DNA from: Nitrospiraceae bacterium | Lineage (GTDB): Bacteria; Nitrospirota; Nitrospiria; Nitrospirales; UBA2166 | Direction: 5' to 3' | Assembly: GCA_002726235.1 (NCBI GenBank) | Contig: PBSN01000008.1 | Span: forward strand, 164,550-228,549 | Length of the DNA: 64,000 nt | In this document: piece by piece, positions 1 to 9,949 of the stretch | Layout of the letters: each line of letters opens with the position of its first letter | Position numbering within the stretch: position 1 is the first letter of the stretch | Made by a program: the position numbers and the translations under genes | Notes under the pieces: model-generated | What the model was told of the DNA's origin: nothing | Seen by the model: only the letters and a program-made list of their open reading frames with translations | The model's database searches: none

Positions 1-224
1 TCACGCTGGCGAGACTTTCTCGGCAGACCAATACAGAGGCTAGAAACGAGACCTAACACCAATCCGGAAACGAAAACCAAAACGACGCCTGCTACGGCAA
101 TCCGGGTTGTGAGTGGAGGTAAGGTGCCTGTCCATCGTCGACGCGGAAGCCCTCCAATAATGGCTTCTCCTCCAAGCCACTCTGAGGCTGTAATGTCGGG
201 GTGTGGTTTGAGATTCTGGCTCAC
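1..224 (-). CDS. Partial ORF (N-terminal ~74 codons, continues past the left edge); predicted membrane-anchored protein of unknown function
   Basis: My own minus-strand translation from GTG (224-222) gives VSQNLKPHPDITASEWLGGEAIIGGLPRRRWTGTLPPLTTRIAVAGVVLVFVSGLVLGLVSSLCIGLPRKSRQR, open to position 1. A basic patch is followed by a ~23-residue hydrophobic helix. It is not in the ORF track because it is open-ended. No family recognised; start codon uncertain. Confidence 0.3.
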   Translation of the reverse strand, partial: MSQNLKPHPDITASEWLGGEAIIGGLPRRRWTGTLPPLTTRIAVAGVVLVFVSGLVLGLVSSLCIGLPRKSRQR

Positions 225-532
225 GTACTAGCCACCATATTCCATTCTAGGCAAGAATGTGTCGGCGAGTCAAGTTACGACCATGTGTTTCGGAGTGAGT
301 ATAAAGTCTTTATGTGGATAGGAAACGTATTTTCTTTTGAACACACACTGACTGACACTGATGCTGTCGACAATAGCACAGTGCGCAATGTGAAAAGGGG
401 GAAGTATGGAAGTAGAGTCTGGAGGAAAAAGGCCTGTTCGGCGACGGGAACTACCCATTGTCTCAGATGACTCAGAAGACATGGAACAAGCCATGCGTGA
501 GTTCTTCGATGAAGAGAAAGTCACGCATCAGC

Positions 533-1267
533 ATGGAGAAGCTAAACCGGAACGAGACTAAAGAAGACTGCAATCAGGACCCTTCTCTTGGTGTTCTTTA
601 TGTCGTCAGTACGCCGATTGGGAATCTCGAGGATATTACCATTCGGGCTCTTCGTGTTCTCAAGGAGGTCAGGATCGTTGCAGCGGAGGATACGCGGCAT
701 ACTCAGAAGCTTTTAAGTCATTATCATATCCATACTACGCTTACTAGTTATCATGACTTCAACAAAGAGCATAAGACCCCACTTCTCCTTCAACGACTTC
801 GAGAAGGGCAGGATATTGCTTTGGTCTCCGACGCTGGGACGCCTGTCATTTCTGATCCCGGCTATTTTCTCATCACTCGGTGTGTGCTGAGCGGTATCAA
901 GGTTGTTCCTCTCCCCGGAGCGTCGGCAGTGCTGGCGGCTTTGTCGGTTTCCGGTTTGCCGAGTGATACGTTTCTCTTTGAAGGATTTCTTCCTAGGCGG
1001 AGTGTCGCAAGACTGAAACGATTGGCTGCACTTAAGACTGAAGGACATACACTTATTATTTTCGAGTCTCCGCATCGTGTGGGAAAAACACTCGCTGATA
1101 TAAAAACTGTGATGGGTGCCCGACGCGCTGTGCTTGCGCGCGAGCTAACCAAAAAGTTCGAAGAGATCATTCGCGGGACGCTCGATGATCTTATCCATTG
1201 TACAGAAACACGTAATCTCAAAGGGGAGATGACGCTATTGGTGGCAGCAGAAAAAGTTGAATGCTAA
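533..1267 (+). CDS. rsmI: 16S rRNA (cytidine1402-2'-O)-methyltransferase RsmI
   Basis: ORF 458..1267 contains GVLYVVSTPIGNLEDITIRALRVLKEVRIVAAEDTRHTQKLL and later FESPHR, typical of RsmI. I set the start at ATG 533, about 20 aa before the conserved core. ATG 458 or 509 is also possible, and none has a clear SD. Confidence 0.9.
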   Translation: MEKLNRNETKEDCNQDPSLGVLYVVSTPIGNLEDITIRALRVLKEVRIVAAEDTRHTQKLLSHYHIHTTLTSYHDFNKEHKTPLLLQRLREGQDIALVSDAGTPVISDPGYFLITRCVLSGIKVVPLPGASAVLAALSVSGLPSDTFLFEGFLPRRSVARLKRLAALKTEGHTLIIFESPHRVGKTLADIKTVMGARRAVLARELTKKFEEIIRGTLDDLIHCTETRNLKGEMTLLVAAEKVEC

Positions 1268-1539
1268 GAGGTGTGCTTTTGTATCCACAGTCGTGCGTAA
1301 GATTCCAGCGGCTCAATCCTAAGAATGGTATATCCCTCTATCTCTACGCTTGCTCGCACGTTTTTTAATGGTTCGCCATGGTCGATGGTAACGATGAGGA
1401 TAGCTCCATTCTCCATGTCTTCAAGCCGAAGCTTGGTTTTGACAAAATTGAACGGGCACATGATGCCTCTAAGGTCTAGCTCCTCATCGGCCGTGAGTGC
1501 GGTATCCTGCATGGTGAGATAGGGTAAATGTTCCATCAT
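1264..1539 (-). CDS. TusA/SirA-family sulfur-carrier protein
   Basis: 91-aa ORF with DLRGIMCPFNFVKTKLRLEDMENGAILIV, the conserved Cys-Pro loop context of TusA-like proteins. Its stop overlaps the rsmI stop by 4 nt (convergent). It is divergent from moaC. Confidence 0.7.
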   Translation of the reverse strand: MMEHLPYLTMQDTALTADEELDLRGIMCPFNFVKTKLRLEDMENGAILIVTIDHGEPLKNVRASVEIEGYTILRIEPLESYARLWIQKHTS

Positions 1540-1605
1540 GCTCTCTTAACTTGCCCCGCAAGACTACGGATGCTGCTTTGTGTATGTCAAGGTGCTCTTC
1601 GTTGT

Positions 1606-1635
1606 TTGACAGAAATTCTTACCCCATTTTATAAT
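1606..1635 (+). promoter_or_regulatory. Candidate sigma70-type promoter for moaC-moaDE-moaA
   Basis: TTGACA (1606-1611), 18-nt spacer, TATAAT (1630-1635), 28 nt upstream of the moaC ATG. Confidence 0.45.
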
Positions 1636-1663
1636 GCTTCCTTCGTAATTTCACACGAAACCC

Positions 1664-2203
1664 ATGAAAATGGATGATTTAACACATTTTAACGCGGATG
1701 GTAGAGCTAGGATGGTGGATGTGGGTGCAAAGGCGATGACCAATCGCACTGCAATGGCTCAGGCACGCGTTCTCATGCAACCCGAGACGCTTGTCAGAAT
1801 TAGGGAGGGCCAGATTGCCAAAGGCGATGTACTGGCCGTCGCGCAAGTCGCAGGGACGATGGGAGCAAAACGAACGCCTGACCTCGTTCCCATGTGTCAT
1901 CCGCTACTGATTACAAGCGTCAACATGGCATTTAAGCATGACGTGACACCAGATGTGGATGGGCTTGGTAATATCTTAATTACTGCAGAGGTCAAAACGA
2001 CTGGTCAGACTGGAGTAGAAATGGAAGCTCTGACCGCGGTTTCTATAGCGGCGCTTACAATCTATGACATGTGCAAGGCGATTGATCGAGGAATGACAGT
2101 TACTGATGTGTGCGTACAGTCCAAAGCTGGCGGGAAATCGGGGACCTATAGACGACCATTGATGCGAGAGCATGATGCGACAATTGCAGCAGGGGAATCG
2201 TGA
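1664..2203 (+). CDS. moaC: Cyclic pyranopterin monophosphate synthase MoaC
   Basis: [31 protein letters not shown] ... DLVPMCHPL ... [23 protein letters not shown] is the full-length MoaC signature. Confidence 0.95.
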   Translation: MKMDDLTHFNADGRARMVDVGAKAMTNRTAMAQARVLMQPETLVRIREGQIAKGDVLAVAQVAGTMGAKRTPDLVPMCHPLLITSVNMAFKHDVTPDVDGLGNILITAEVKTTGQTGVEMEALTAVSIAALTIYDMCKAIDRGMTVTDVCVQSKAGGKSGTYRRPLMREHDATIAAGES

Positions 2204-2209
2204 TGGGGA

Positions 2210-2914
2210 GTGATGACGATTAAGTTATTTGGGATACTGAAAGACCTAGCTGGCGGTAGGGATGAAGTGGTATGGCATCCTAGCCAAAATAGCCATTTGG
2301 TCAAGGATTTTGTGTGTGAACTTACCGGTCAGTTTCCTCAACTAGGAGAACTGATTCAAGAGAACAAGGTGATGATTTCGGTGAATCACGAGATTGCAAC
2401 AGATGAAATGTCCATTCACGCTGATGATGAGGTTGCGCTCCTTCCTCCATTTGCAGGGGGGGCTGGTACTCTTTCTGTTGCAGAAGAAGAATCTGTCTTG
2501 GTTCGCGTACAGCGGGAAACTTTTTCCGTTGATCAGGAGATTGACCGTGTTCGAAACAGTTCAAAGATGATTGGTGGAATTAATGTGTTTTTGGGAACCG
2601 CGAGGGAGCGTTCGCAGGGGCGGGATGTGTCTAGAATGACCTTTGAATACTATGAAGGGATGGCGCAGAAAACAATGAGAGAAATCCGTGAGCGAGCCCT
2701 CAAGCAGTTTGATATTCGTGAGGTTCTCCTCATCCACCGATATGGGGAAATTGATATTGGCGAGAACATTGTCCTGATTGTTGTCGGTGCCGAACACAGG
2801 GCTGATGCATTCAAAGCCTGCCAATGGTGCATTGATGAGCTGAAACAAATCACTCCTATTTGGAAGCTCGAGACAACTCCGTCCGGCAAAGTATGGGTGG
2901 AGCAGCACCCTTGA
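2210..2914 (+). CDS. moaD-moaE: Fused molybdopterin synthase, MoaD (sulfur carrier) plus MoaE (catalytic subunit)
   Basis: The N-terminal 84 aa end in the MoaD C-terminus ...DDEVALLPPFAGG. After a short linker comes a MoaE-like domain (FLGTARE..., MTFEYYEGMAQKTM, LLIHRYGEIDIGENIVLIVVGAEHRADAFKACQWCIDELKQITPIWKLE). Confidence 0.85.
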   Translation: MMTIKLFGILKDLAGGRDEVVWHPSQNSHLVKDFVCELTGQFPQLGELIQENKVMISVNHEIATDEMSIHADDEVALLPPFAGGAGTLSVAEEESVLVRVQRETFSVDQEIDRVRNSSKMIGGINVFLGTARERSQGRDVSRMTFEYYEGMAQKTMREIRERALKQFDIREVLLIHRYGEIDIGENIVLIVVGAEHRADAFKACQWCIDELKQITPIWKLETTPSGKVWVEQHP

Positions 2915-3927
2915 TGCTTGCAGATTTCTATCACAGGGAACTTCGCGATCTTAGGATTTCTGTCACAGATCGATGTAATTTTCGGTGTACGTATTGTATG
3001 CCCTTTGATGAATACGTCTGGATTGACCGGGAGAAGCTTCTCACGTTTGAAGAAATTACTCGACTCACGCGCCTTTTTGTTCAGTTGGGTGTAACCAAGG
3101 TGAGGTTGACGGGGGGGGAACCTCTCTTACGATCTCAACTTGAGGGCTTGATCACACAGCTTGGTGAGGTACCTGGGCTCTCCGATATTTGTCTCACCAC
3201 GAATGCGTCTAGATTGGTTGAGAAGGCCACTTCCCTTCGTGCTGCGGGCCTGAGTCGTATCAACATTAGTTTGGATACGTTGGATGGAGAAAAGTTCAAA
3301 CGAATAGCCAAACGAGATAAACTTTCAGAAGTCCTTGCGGGCATTTTCGCTGCAAAAGCAAGCGGGTTTAAACCAATTAAGATTAATATGGTTGTGGAGC
3401 GTGGTGTCAACGATGACGAGATCATCTCGATGATAGAATTTTGCCGAGAGCATGAACTCTCGCTTCGGTTTATCGAGTACATGGATGTGGGCAATGCAAA
3501 CACTTGGAGTTCGAGTAAGATTGTGTCTAAGAAGGAAATACTTGAGCGGATTAGCAACTTTTACCCGACTCAGGATGGAGGTCGGGAGAAGGCCAGCGAT
3601 CCAGCCGTCCAGTATGCGTTTTCGGATCGTCGTGGAGATATTGGATTTATTGCATCAGTCACTGAACCGTTTTGCACTAACTGTACGCGCGCGCGCTTAA
3701 CTGCCGATGGGAAGTTCGTAACGTGTTTGTTCTCAAACGATGGTCTTGATCTCAAGACGATTCTGCGAGGTGGTGCCACAGATGAAGTCGTGACTGAGCT
3801 CATCACATCGGCATGGCAAAAGCGATCGGATCGGTATTCGGATGAACGTTTCGAAGCGCTCAACTCTTCCGAAGGGTATGATCCTCGTCTGCAGAAGAAG
3901 ATAGAAATGATTACATTAGGTGGGTAG
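2914..3927 (+). CDS. moaA: GTP 3',8-cyclase MoaA (radical SAM)
   Basis: LRISVTDRCNFRCTYCMP is the CxxxCxxC radical-SAM motif, with GGEPLLR and a C-terminal CTNCTRARLTADGKFVTCLF cluster. ATG 2914 overlaps the moaDE stop (TGATG). The longer track ORF (2860) would overlap moaE. Confidence 0.95.
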   Translation: MLADFYHRELRDLRISVTDRCNFRCTYCMPFDEYVWIDREKLLTFEEITRLTRLFVQLGVTKVRLTGGEPLLRSQLEGLITQLGEVPGLSDICLTTNASRLVEKATSLRAAGLSRINISLDTLDGEKFKRIAKRDKLSEVLAGIFAAKASGFKPIKINMVVERGVNDDEIISMIEFCREHELSLRFIEYMDVGNANTWSSSKIVSKKEILERISNFYPTQDGGREKASDPAVQYAFSDRRGDIGFIASVTEPFCTNCTRARLTADGKFVTCLFSNDGLDLKTILRGGATDEVVTELITSAWQKRSDRYSDERFEALNSSEGYDPRLQKKIEMITLGG

Positions 3928-3999
3928 GCAATTAAAGAGGGTTTGATATTAAAGCAAAGTGCATGCATCGATAGCATGAGATAATGGAAAGGATGACCA

Positions 4000-4278
4000 A
4001 TGCCAGTAGTTCATACATCAACAATTAAACGTGCCAGGCAAGCCGAACAACGCCGTCTCCGAAACAAGGCTGTTCTTTCAAGGGTAAAGGGTGTTGTCAA
4101 AAAAACTCGTAGCGCTATTCAAGAGAAGGACAGTAACGCAACAAAAATACAGCTTCAGGCTGCTCAGGTTGCTTTGCACAAAGCAGCATCGAAAGGGGTC
4201 ATTCACCGAAATACCGCATCGCGTCGATTATCTCGTCTCGCGCGGGCGGCGAATGCATTGGCATCCTCGTCGAGCTAG
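4000..4278 (+). CDS. rpsT: 30S ribosomal protein S20
   Basis: MPVVHTSTIKRARQAEQRRLRNKAVLSRVKG... is a small, basic, typical S20. Confidence 0.95.
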   Translation: MPVVHTSTIKRARQAEQRRLRNKAVLSRVKGVVKKTRSAIQEKDSNATKIQLQAAQVALHKAASKGVIHRNTASRRLSRLARAANALASSSS

Positions 4279-4304
4279 CTTCTCTTCTCGTATCATCATA
4301 TTTC

Positions 4305-5345
4305 TTATGGCACTGTCGTTTCGCGACACAGTGCTATCACCAAGGCGTCGAGTACGATGACGGGAGGCTGTCCACCGAATCCCTTCAAGCGTGAGTCGGC
4401 CTCAGCAATGCTTGCAAATGCAGCCCGCAAGTCATTGGTCGTAAATTGGCCCACCTGTGTCAGCAGCGATTTCACGCGAAATGATGAAAGCCCGGCAGTC
4501 TTTGCCAACGCGTCAGGAGTAAGCCTCGTTCCATTTACATCCTGTGTTAATGATTTTACTTTCCAGAGTTGGCGAAACTGCGTGGTAAGGAGTGCAAGGA
4601 GTCGTAATGGGGGCTCACCCGCCTCGATGGTTGCTCGCATGGTGAGTAGCGCAGAAGCGAGGTCGCGACGCCCAATGGCGTTGCAGATTTCAAAGACAGA
4701 GTCGATTGACTCTCCAGCAAGTAGCGCTTGGATATCTGCGAGGGTTGCGTGTGTGTGGGGTGTAAGGTAGGTTGCAAGCTTATCCAGTTCATGCTTCACA
4801 GTATAGAGGTCTCGTCCGCAAGCGCTTGTCAAAAGGACAATGCCAGGTTCATCAATACGTAGTCCGATGGTTGCGCTATATTGGCGAATCCAGCGAGGGA
4901 TATCTCTGCTTAGCAGAGGTGCGCACTCAACTAGGACTGCGGATTTTTTGAGGGTCTGAGTAGCTTTGCTCCGACCATCGAGCTTGGTTCCGATTAGCGC
5001 TAAGCACGTGCTTGCTACTGGATCTATCACATAGGCCTGGAGGGCGTCTAAAGAACGGGGGCGAAGTTTGTCAATGTGTTTCACCGCTACAAGACGACGT
5101 GACGCGAAGACAGGCAACGTCTCACAAAACGTGAGAATTTCTTGAGCATCGGAATCTTCTCCAAAAACGAGATCATAGTTGAATGCCTCGGCGGCATCTT
5201 TCAGCGTCGATTTTTTGAGCGCAGCTAGGCACGAATCAAGCAAAAACTCCTCCTCTCCAAGAAAGAGATAGACCGGCGCTGGTATGACTTTGTTTATCTG
5301 GGCAAGAAAGGCGTTTGGTGTTGTCGTTTGTCGCGGTGTGGCCAC
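4305..5345 (-). CDS. holA: DNA polymerase III subunit delta
   Basis: APVYLFLGEEEFLLD at the N-terminus, 346 aa, and the conserved leuS-lptE-holA gene order. Confidence 0.85.
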   Translation of the reverse strand: MATPRQTTTPNAFLAQINKVIPAPVYLFLGEEEFLLDSCLAALKKSTLKDAAEAFNYDLVFGEDSDAQEILTFCETLPVFASRRLVAVKHIDKLRPRSLDALQAYVIDPVASTCLALIGTKLDGRSKATQTLKKSAVLVECAPLLSRDIPRWIRQYSATIGLRIDEPGIVLLTSACGRDLYTVKHELDKLATYLTPHTHATLADIQALLAGESIDSVFEICNAIGRRDLASALLTMRATIEAGEPPLRLLALLTTQFRQLWKVKSLTQDVNGTRLTPDALAKTAGLSSFRVKSLLTQVGQFTTNDLRAAFASIAEADSRLKGFGGQPPVIVLDALVIALCRETTVP

Positions 5346-5354
5346 GAGAATATC

Positions 5355-5996
5355 TTATTTCTTGGAATTATTCTTCTTATCTTTGCGTTGTTGGGCTTCG
5401 TATCGGCCAAGAAGCTGGCCGATCAGAATATTTGCAAATGACGCACTGGCTTCCTCTATCGCTCGGTCTTGTGCCGATCGATTCAAAGTGAGGTCTGGAC
5501 CCAAGTAAAACGCCGCGCTAGCCTTGATCGTCTCGCGCCAAAGAGGTTGTTGCTTCCCGGGGTTCTCTGCTTGGACGACGATCGAAAGTTCGACATCCTC
5601 TTCAGTGGCAGCACGCTGATCAAACGCTGTGGTTCTTGTACGGTACCGGATGATGCTCCCTCTGACGATAATATCTGCGCTCTGCGCATTGTTCACCACT
5701 TGAATGCCTGGAGTTTTCAACATTGCGTCTTTGATGCCTCTGGTAACCAACAATCCAAGTTTAGGCTCACTGGTTTTATTCTGAAACATGGGTATGTCGA
5801 CATGCAACGTTGATCCTGTCGGATTCCCTGCTCCGTGGCCAAGGTGGTATCCGCATCCAGAGGTGATGAGCACGAAGAAGGCAGAGAACACGATGACCAA
5901 TGCTCTTGAGCGAGACTGGTGCCGAACGTTTTGAGGTTCTGGAGAAACGAGGCTACTGGACCATTCAAAAAAACTCAAGGCATGCTTTTTCAGCAT
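5355..5996 (-). CDS. lptE: LPS-assembly lipoprotein LptE
   Basis: Lipobox VLITSGCGYHL closely resembles E. coli LptE (LITAGCGWHL). It sits between leuS and holA. I set the start at ATG 5996 so it does not overlap the leuS stop (6001); the track ORF extends to 6035. Confidence 0.75.
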   Translation of the reverse strand: MLKKHALSFFEWSSSLVSPEPQNVRHQSRSRALVIVFSAFFVLITSGCGYHLGHGAGNPTGSTLHVDIPMFQNKTSEPKLGLLVTRGIKDAMLKTPGIQVVNNAQSADIIVRGSIIRYRTRTTAFDQRAATEEDVELSIVVQAENPGKQQPLWRETIKASAAFYLGPDLTLNRSAQDRAIEEASASFANILIGQLLGRYEAQQRKDKKNNSKK

Positions 5997-6000
5997 CCTG

Positions 6001-8616
6001 CTATACAACGAAATTGACGAGCCGCTGTTCCACATAAATCACCTTGCGGGTTGTCTTGCCCTGTAACCATGAAGACATTTTTGGTTCCTTCCGTGCCTTT
6101 TCGACAACTTGTTCTTCTGTCCAATCAGGGGGGATGCCTTCAACTTTGCCTCGAGTTTTACCGTTGATTTGAATAATGATTGTCAAAGGCTCTTCCTGAA
6201 GGAGTGCGGGATCATGCTGTGGCCATGAAGAGTGAAGAACATGTGAGTCATTGCCCAATGCGTCCCACATTTCTTCAGCGATATGTGGGGCAAATGGTGA
6301 CAAGAGCATCACCAGTGCATCAAGCGCTTCTTTCATGACCCCAAGTGTTTTTGAGTCGTTCTTGATCGCGTCGGTTATCGGGAATCCAAATGCATACAGC
6401 ACATTCACGAGTTCCATGATTGCACTAATGGCGGTGTTGAATTGGAATTCACGTTTGATGTCTTGCGTCACCTTGCGGATGCGATGATGGACCTGACGGC
6501 GTAAGTCTCGTGATGTTTGAGGGATCTCAGTTACAGTGTTCTGCACTGGACTAGGATCGAGAGTTTTGAGGATCTCTACATACTCAGCAACAAGGCGCCA
6601 GACACGATTGAGGAATCTCGCTGCTCCCTCGACTCCGTCATCACTCCATTCCAAGTCTTTTTCTGGTGGTGCGGCAAAGAGTGAAAAGAGCCGGGCCGTA
6701 TCGGCGCCATATCGTTTGATCAACTCTTCAGGATCGACAACATTATTTTTTGACTTGGACATCTTCTCGATTCGACCAATTGAAATAGTATTGCCACAGT
6801 GTGTGCAATGGTGGGTGTCTGTCGCATCACTTGGTAGGATAAATCCGTGTTTTGGACAGTGATATGTCTCTTTGCACACCATGCCCTGTGTGAGCAAATT
6901 CGTAAATGGTTCACTGACTGTGGTCAATCCGAGATCTCGAAGGACCTTGGTAAAAAATCGTGCATATAGGAGATGTAGGACGGCGTGTTCAATTCCTCCG
7001 ATATATTGATCAACCGCCATCCAGCGTTGACTTGCGTCAGGTTCGATCGGAAGATCGGTTTGGTGTGGTGAGGTATAGCGCAAAAAATACCATGAGGAAT
7101 CCACGAAGGTATCCATCGTATCAGATTCTCGTGTGGCTTGATTTCCGCAATCTGGACAGGTGGTATGGGCAAATTCAGCAACATTTTTGAGCGGCGATCC
7201 TCTCTTTCCAGTGAACGGAACATCTGGGGGGAGGATTATGGGTAAGTCTTGTTCCGGCACAGGAACTAGTCCGCATGTTGGGCAGATAATCATTGGGATC
7301 GGGGTGCCCCAATAGCGTTGTCGTGACACTCCCCAATCACGGAGTCGGTAGTGTACCGTTCGGGTTCCATGTTGTTTTTCTTCGATCCACCGCGCGATCT
7401 GAGTCCTTCCGTCCTTGATTGGAAGGGTGGAAAAATTATCTGAGTTGACGAGATATCCGTCTTCTTGCGTGTATGCCTCGTTGAGATTGTTTTGGTCGAG
7501 AGTGCAAGTTGGGTTTTGGATGACAAGTCTGATGGGGAGTCCATATTGCTGCGCAAACTCGAAATCCCGTTGGTCATGTGCTGGAACGGCCATAATTGCG
7601 CCCGTCCCATATTCATAAAGTACGAAATTGGCAACCCAAATTGGAATCGCATCACCGGTCAATGGATTTCTGGCATAACATCCGGTAAACAGCCCCTCTT
7701 TCGCTGAACTGGCATCGGTGCGGGTGTTTCGATCCTGCCGGCTGATGCGGGTCACAAATTCATGAACCGCCTGTTCTTCTTTCCTGCCCTTGACCAACAG
7801 ATCGACTGCGGGTGATTCAGGTGCTACGCTCATAAATGTTGCACCGAAAATCGTATCTGGGCGTGTGGTGAAAATTCGGATCGATGGGAGTTCAGGGGGA
7901 CTATCAATAACTTGGAAATCGACCTCGACGCCATCGCTTTTGCCGATCCAATGCCGTTGCATGCTCAAGACACGTTGTGGCCATCCTGTAAGAGTGTCGC
8001 AGGATGCGAGGAGTTCTTCGGCATAGGCGGTGATTTTAAAAAACCATTGATCCATTTCCTTGGGAAACACCTCGGAATCACAACGCCAGCAACGGTTGTC
8101 GATCACCTGTTCGTTGGCAAGGACGGTCTCGCATGATTCGCACCAGTTGACAGGAGAACGCTTTTTATAGGCCAGGCCGCGTTGATACATCTTGAGAAAT
8201 ATCCACTGGTTCCATCGGTAATAGGATGGATTGCAGGTCGCGATTTCCCTAGTCCAGTCATACGAGAGACCAATGCGCTTCAATTGGTCGCGCATCGAGG
8301 CAATATTGGCCTGAGTCCATTCGGCTGGGTGGATGCCTTTTTCGATCGCGGTATTTTCAGCTGGCAGCCCAAAGGCATCCCACCCCATTGGGTGGAGAAC
8401 GTTAAAGCCACGCATGCGATGGAACCTGGCAAGGACGTCTCCGATGGTATAATTTCTGACGTGGCCCATGTGGATACGACCCGATGGGTAGGGGAACATC
8501 TCAAGGCAGTAGTATTTCGGCTGACTCGGATCGTCCTCAACATTGAACGTGCCTTGTTCGGCCCAGTGTGTCTGCCACCGTGCTTCTATTGTCTGCGGAT
8601 CGTATTTCGTTTTCAT
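6001..8616 (-). CDS. leuS: Leucine--tRNA ligase
   Basis: [15 protein letters not shown]...[15 protein letters not shown] (HIGH) ... KMSKSKNN (KMSKS); full-length class I LeuRS. Start set at MKTKYDP (8616); the track ORF begins at 8688. Confidence 0.97.
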   Translation of the reverse strand: MKTKYDPQTIEARWQTHWAEQGTFNVEDDPSQPKYYCLEMFPYPSGRIHMGHVRNYTIGDVLARFHRMRGFNVLHPMGWDAFGLPAENTAIEKGIHPAEWTQANIASMRDQLKRIGLSYDWTREIATCNPSYYRWNQWIFLKMYQRGLAYKKRSPVNWCESCETVLANEQVIDNRCWRCDSEVFPKEMDQWFFKITAYAEELLASCDTLTGWPQRVLSMQRHWIGKSDGVEVDFQVIDSPPELPSIRIFTTRPDTIFGATFMSVAPESPAVDLLVKGRKEEQAVHEFVTRISRQDRNTRTDASSAKEGLFTGCYARNPLTGDAIPIWVANFVLYEYGTGAIMAVPAHDQRDFEFAQQYGLPIRLVIQNPTCTLDQNNLNEAYTQEDGYLVNSDNFSTLPIKDGRTQIARWIEEKQHGTRTVHYRLRDWGVSRQRYWGTPIPMIICPTCGLVPVPEQDLPIILPPDVPFTGKRGSPLKNVAEFAHTTCPDCGNQATRESDTMDTFVDSSWYFLRYTSPHQTDLPIEPDASQRWMAVDQYIGGIEHAVLHLLYARFFTKVLRDLGLTTVSEPFTNLLTQGMVCKETYHCPKHGFILPSDATDTHHCTHCGNTISIGRIEKMSKSKNNVVDPEELIKRYGADTARLFSLFAAPPEKDLEWSDDGVEGAARFLNRVWRLVAEYVEILKTLDPSPVQNTVTEIPQTSRDLRRQVHHRIRKVTQDIKREFQFNTAISAIMELVNVLYAFGFPITDAIKNDSKTLGVMKEALDALVMLLSPFAPHIAEEMWDALGNDSHVLHSSWPQHDPALLQEEPLTIIIQINGKTRGKVEGIPPDWTEEQVVEKARKEPKMSSWLQGKTTRKVIYVEQRLVNFVV

Positions 8617-8907
8617 GATGGGGTAAATTCCGGACTTCCCAACAAATCCCTTTCCCGTGGCAGGATATGGGCGAAGAATGGGAACCACGGTTCGCTTCTC
8701 AGTATGGCGTTGTTTGTTGTGGAGGCCTTTCTCCCGAATCTACGCCAGAGCGCAATCTAGCATAGGTTTTTACAACGGACAAGCTCACGATGGACATGAA
8801 AACATAGCAAATCTTGCGCGGTCTAGGATGACGGTGGAAGGATGCATTTGGTACTATCGGCGTTATGAATTTTCTGTCACAGGCATGTCACAATGGGGGG
8901 GCTTAAA

Positions 8908-9912
8908 ATGGGCATCCCATTAATCCAAATGGTGCGAGTCGGTTCGTACATTATGAAGCAAAAATTGGTCGGGAAGAAACGTTTCCCACTTGTGCTGATG
9001 CTTGAGCCGCTTTTCAAGTGCAACCTCGAGTGTCTGGGGTGTGGCAAGATTCAATTTCCAAAAGAAATTCTCGACAAGCAACTTAGCCCACAGCAGTGTT
9101 TTGATGCGGTTGAGGAGTGTAGAGCTCCAATAGTCTCTATTTCAGGTGGCGAACCATTGATTCATCCTGAAATCTATGAGATTGTCGCGGGGCTGGTGGA
9201 CCGAAAGAAGTTTGTCTATCTCTGCACCAATGCCAAGCTTGTTATGAAAAGGATCAACGAGTTTACAGCAACCAAGTATCTCACGTTCAGTATTCACCTC
9301 GATGGCCTTGAAGTAGAACACGACGCTGCTGTACGTGAGCCCGGTGCCTACAAGAAAGCCATTGAGGCGATCAAAGTATTGTTGAAGCGTGGGTTTCGAG
9401 TCACCACCAACTCAACCTTTTTCAACACGGATACCAGTGAGCATATCCGAGCGTTTTTCGATGTTGCGATGGAACTTGGGGTTGAGGGTTTGAGCATTTC
9501 GCCAGGGTACCCCTATGAAAAGGCACCTGATCAAGGAATTTTCCTTGAACGAAAGAAAACTAGATCACTGTTTAAGGAGGTACTCTCCAACCCGAAGAGT
9601 TCGTGGCGGTTTAATCAAACTCCTTTGTTTCTTGATTTCCTCCAAGGAAGGGTCGAATACCAGTGCACTCCGTGGGGCAATCCGACATACAATGTATTCG
9701 GGTGGCAGCGTCCCTGCTACCTTATGAGTGAAGGTGACTATGCCTCGTCGTTTAAGGAATTGATGGAAGAGACTCCGTGGGGGAAATATGGACATGATAA
9801 CCATCCCAAATGCGACAATTGCATGGTTCATTCTGGCTATGAGGTGTCTGCCGTGCTTGACTCTGTCTCTTCTTCCTCAAAGATATGGCGTGCGACTATC
9901 GCGTCGCTGTAG
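8908..9912 (+). CDS. hpnH: Adenosyl-hopene transferase HpnH (radical SAM, hopanoid side-chain extension)
   Basis: MGIPLIQMVRVGSYIMKQKLVGKKRFPLVLMLEPLFKCNLECLGCGKIQFP ... GWQRPCYLM ... KCDNCMVHSGYE closely follows HpnH sequences as I remember them. ATG 8908 is preceded by a GGGGGG SD-like run. Confidence 0.9.
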   Translation: MGIPLIQMVRVGSYIMKQKLVGKKRFPLVLMLEPLFKCNLECLGCGKIQFPKEILDKQLSPQQCFDAVEECRAPIVSISGGEPLIHPEIYEIVAGLVDRKKFVYLCTNAKLVMKRINEFTATKYLTFSIHLDGLEVEHDAAVREPGAYKKAIEAIKVLLKRGFRVTTNSTFFNTDTSEHIRAFFDVAMELGVEGLSISPGYPYEKAPDQGIFLERKKTRSLFKEVLSNPKSSWRFNQTPLFLDFLQGRVEYQCTPWGNPTYNVFGWQRPCYLMSEGDYASSFKELMEETPWGKYGHDNHPKCDNCMVHSGYEVSAVLDSVSSSSKIWRATIASL

Positions 9913-9949
9913 ATATGTCATCTAGGCTGGGACCCAGTTTTCGTGCAAT

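Noticed and set aside
1540-1663. Possible Moco riboswitch upstream of moaC
   Set aside because: The predicted -10 lies only ~28 nt before the ATG, far too short for the ~130-nt Moco motif. I saw no matching conserved segments.
8617-8907. Possible T-box, leader or sRNA in the 290-nt leuS/hpnH divergent region
   Set aside because: I recognised no specifier, T-box or terminator-antiterminator features on either strand. This is most simply two divergent promoters.
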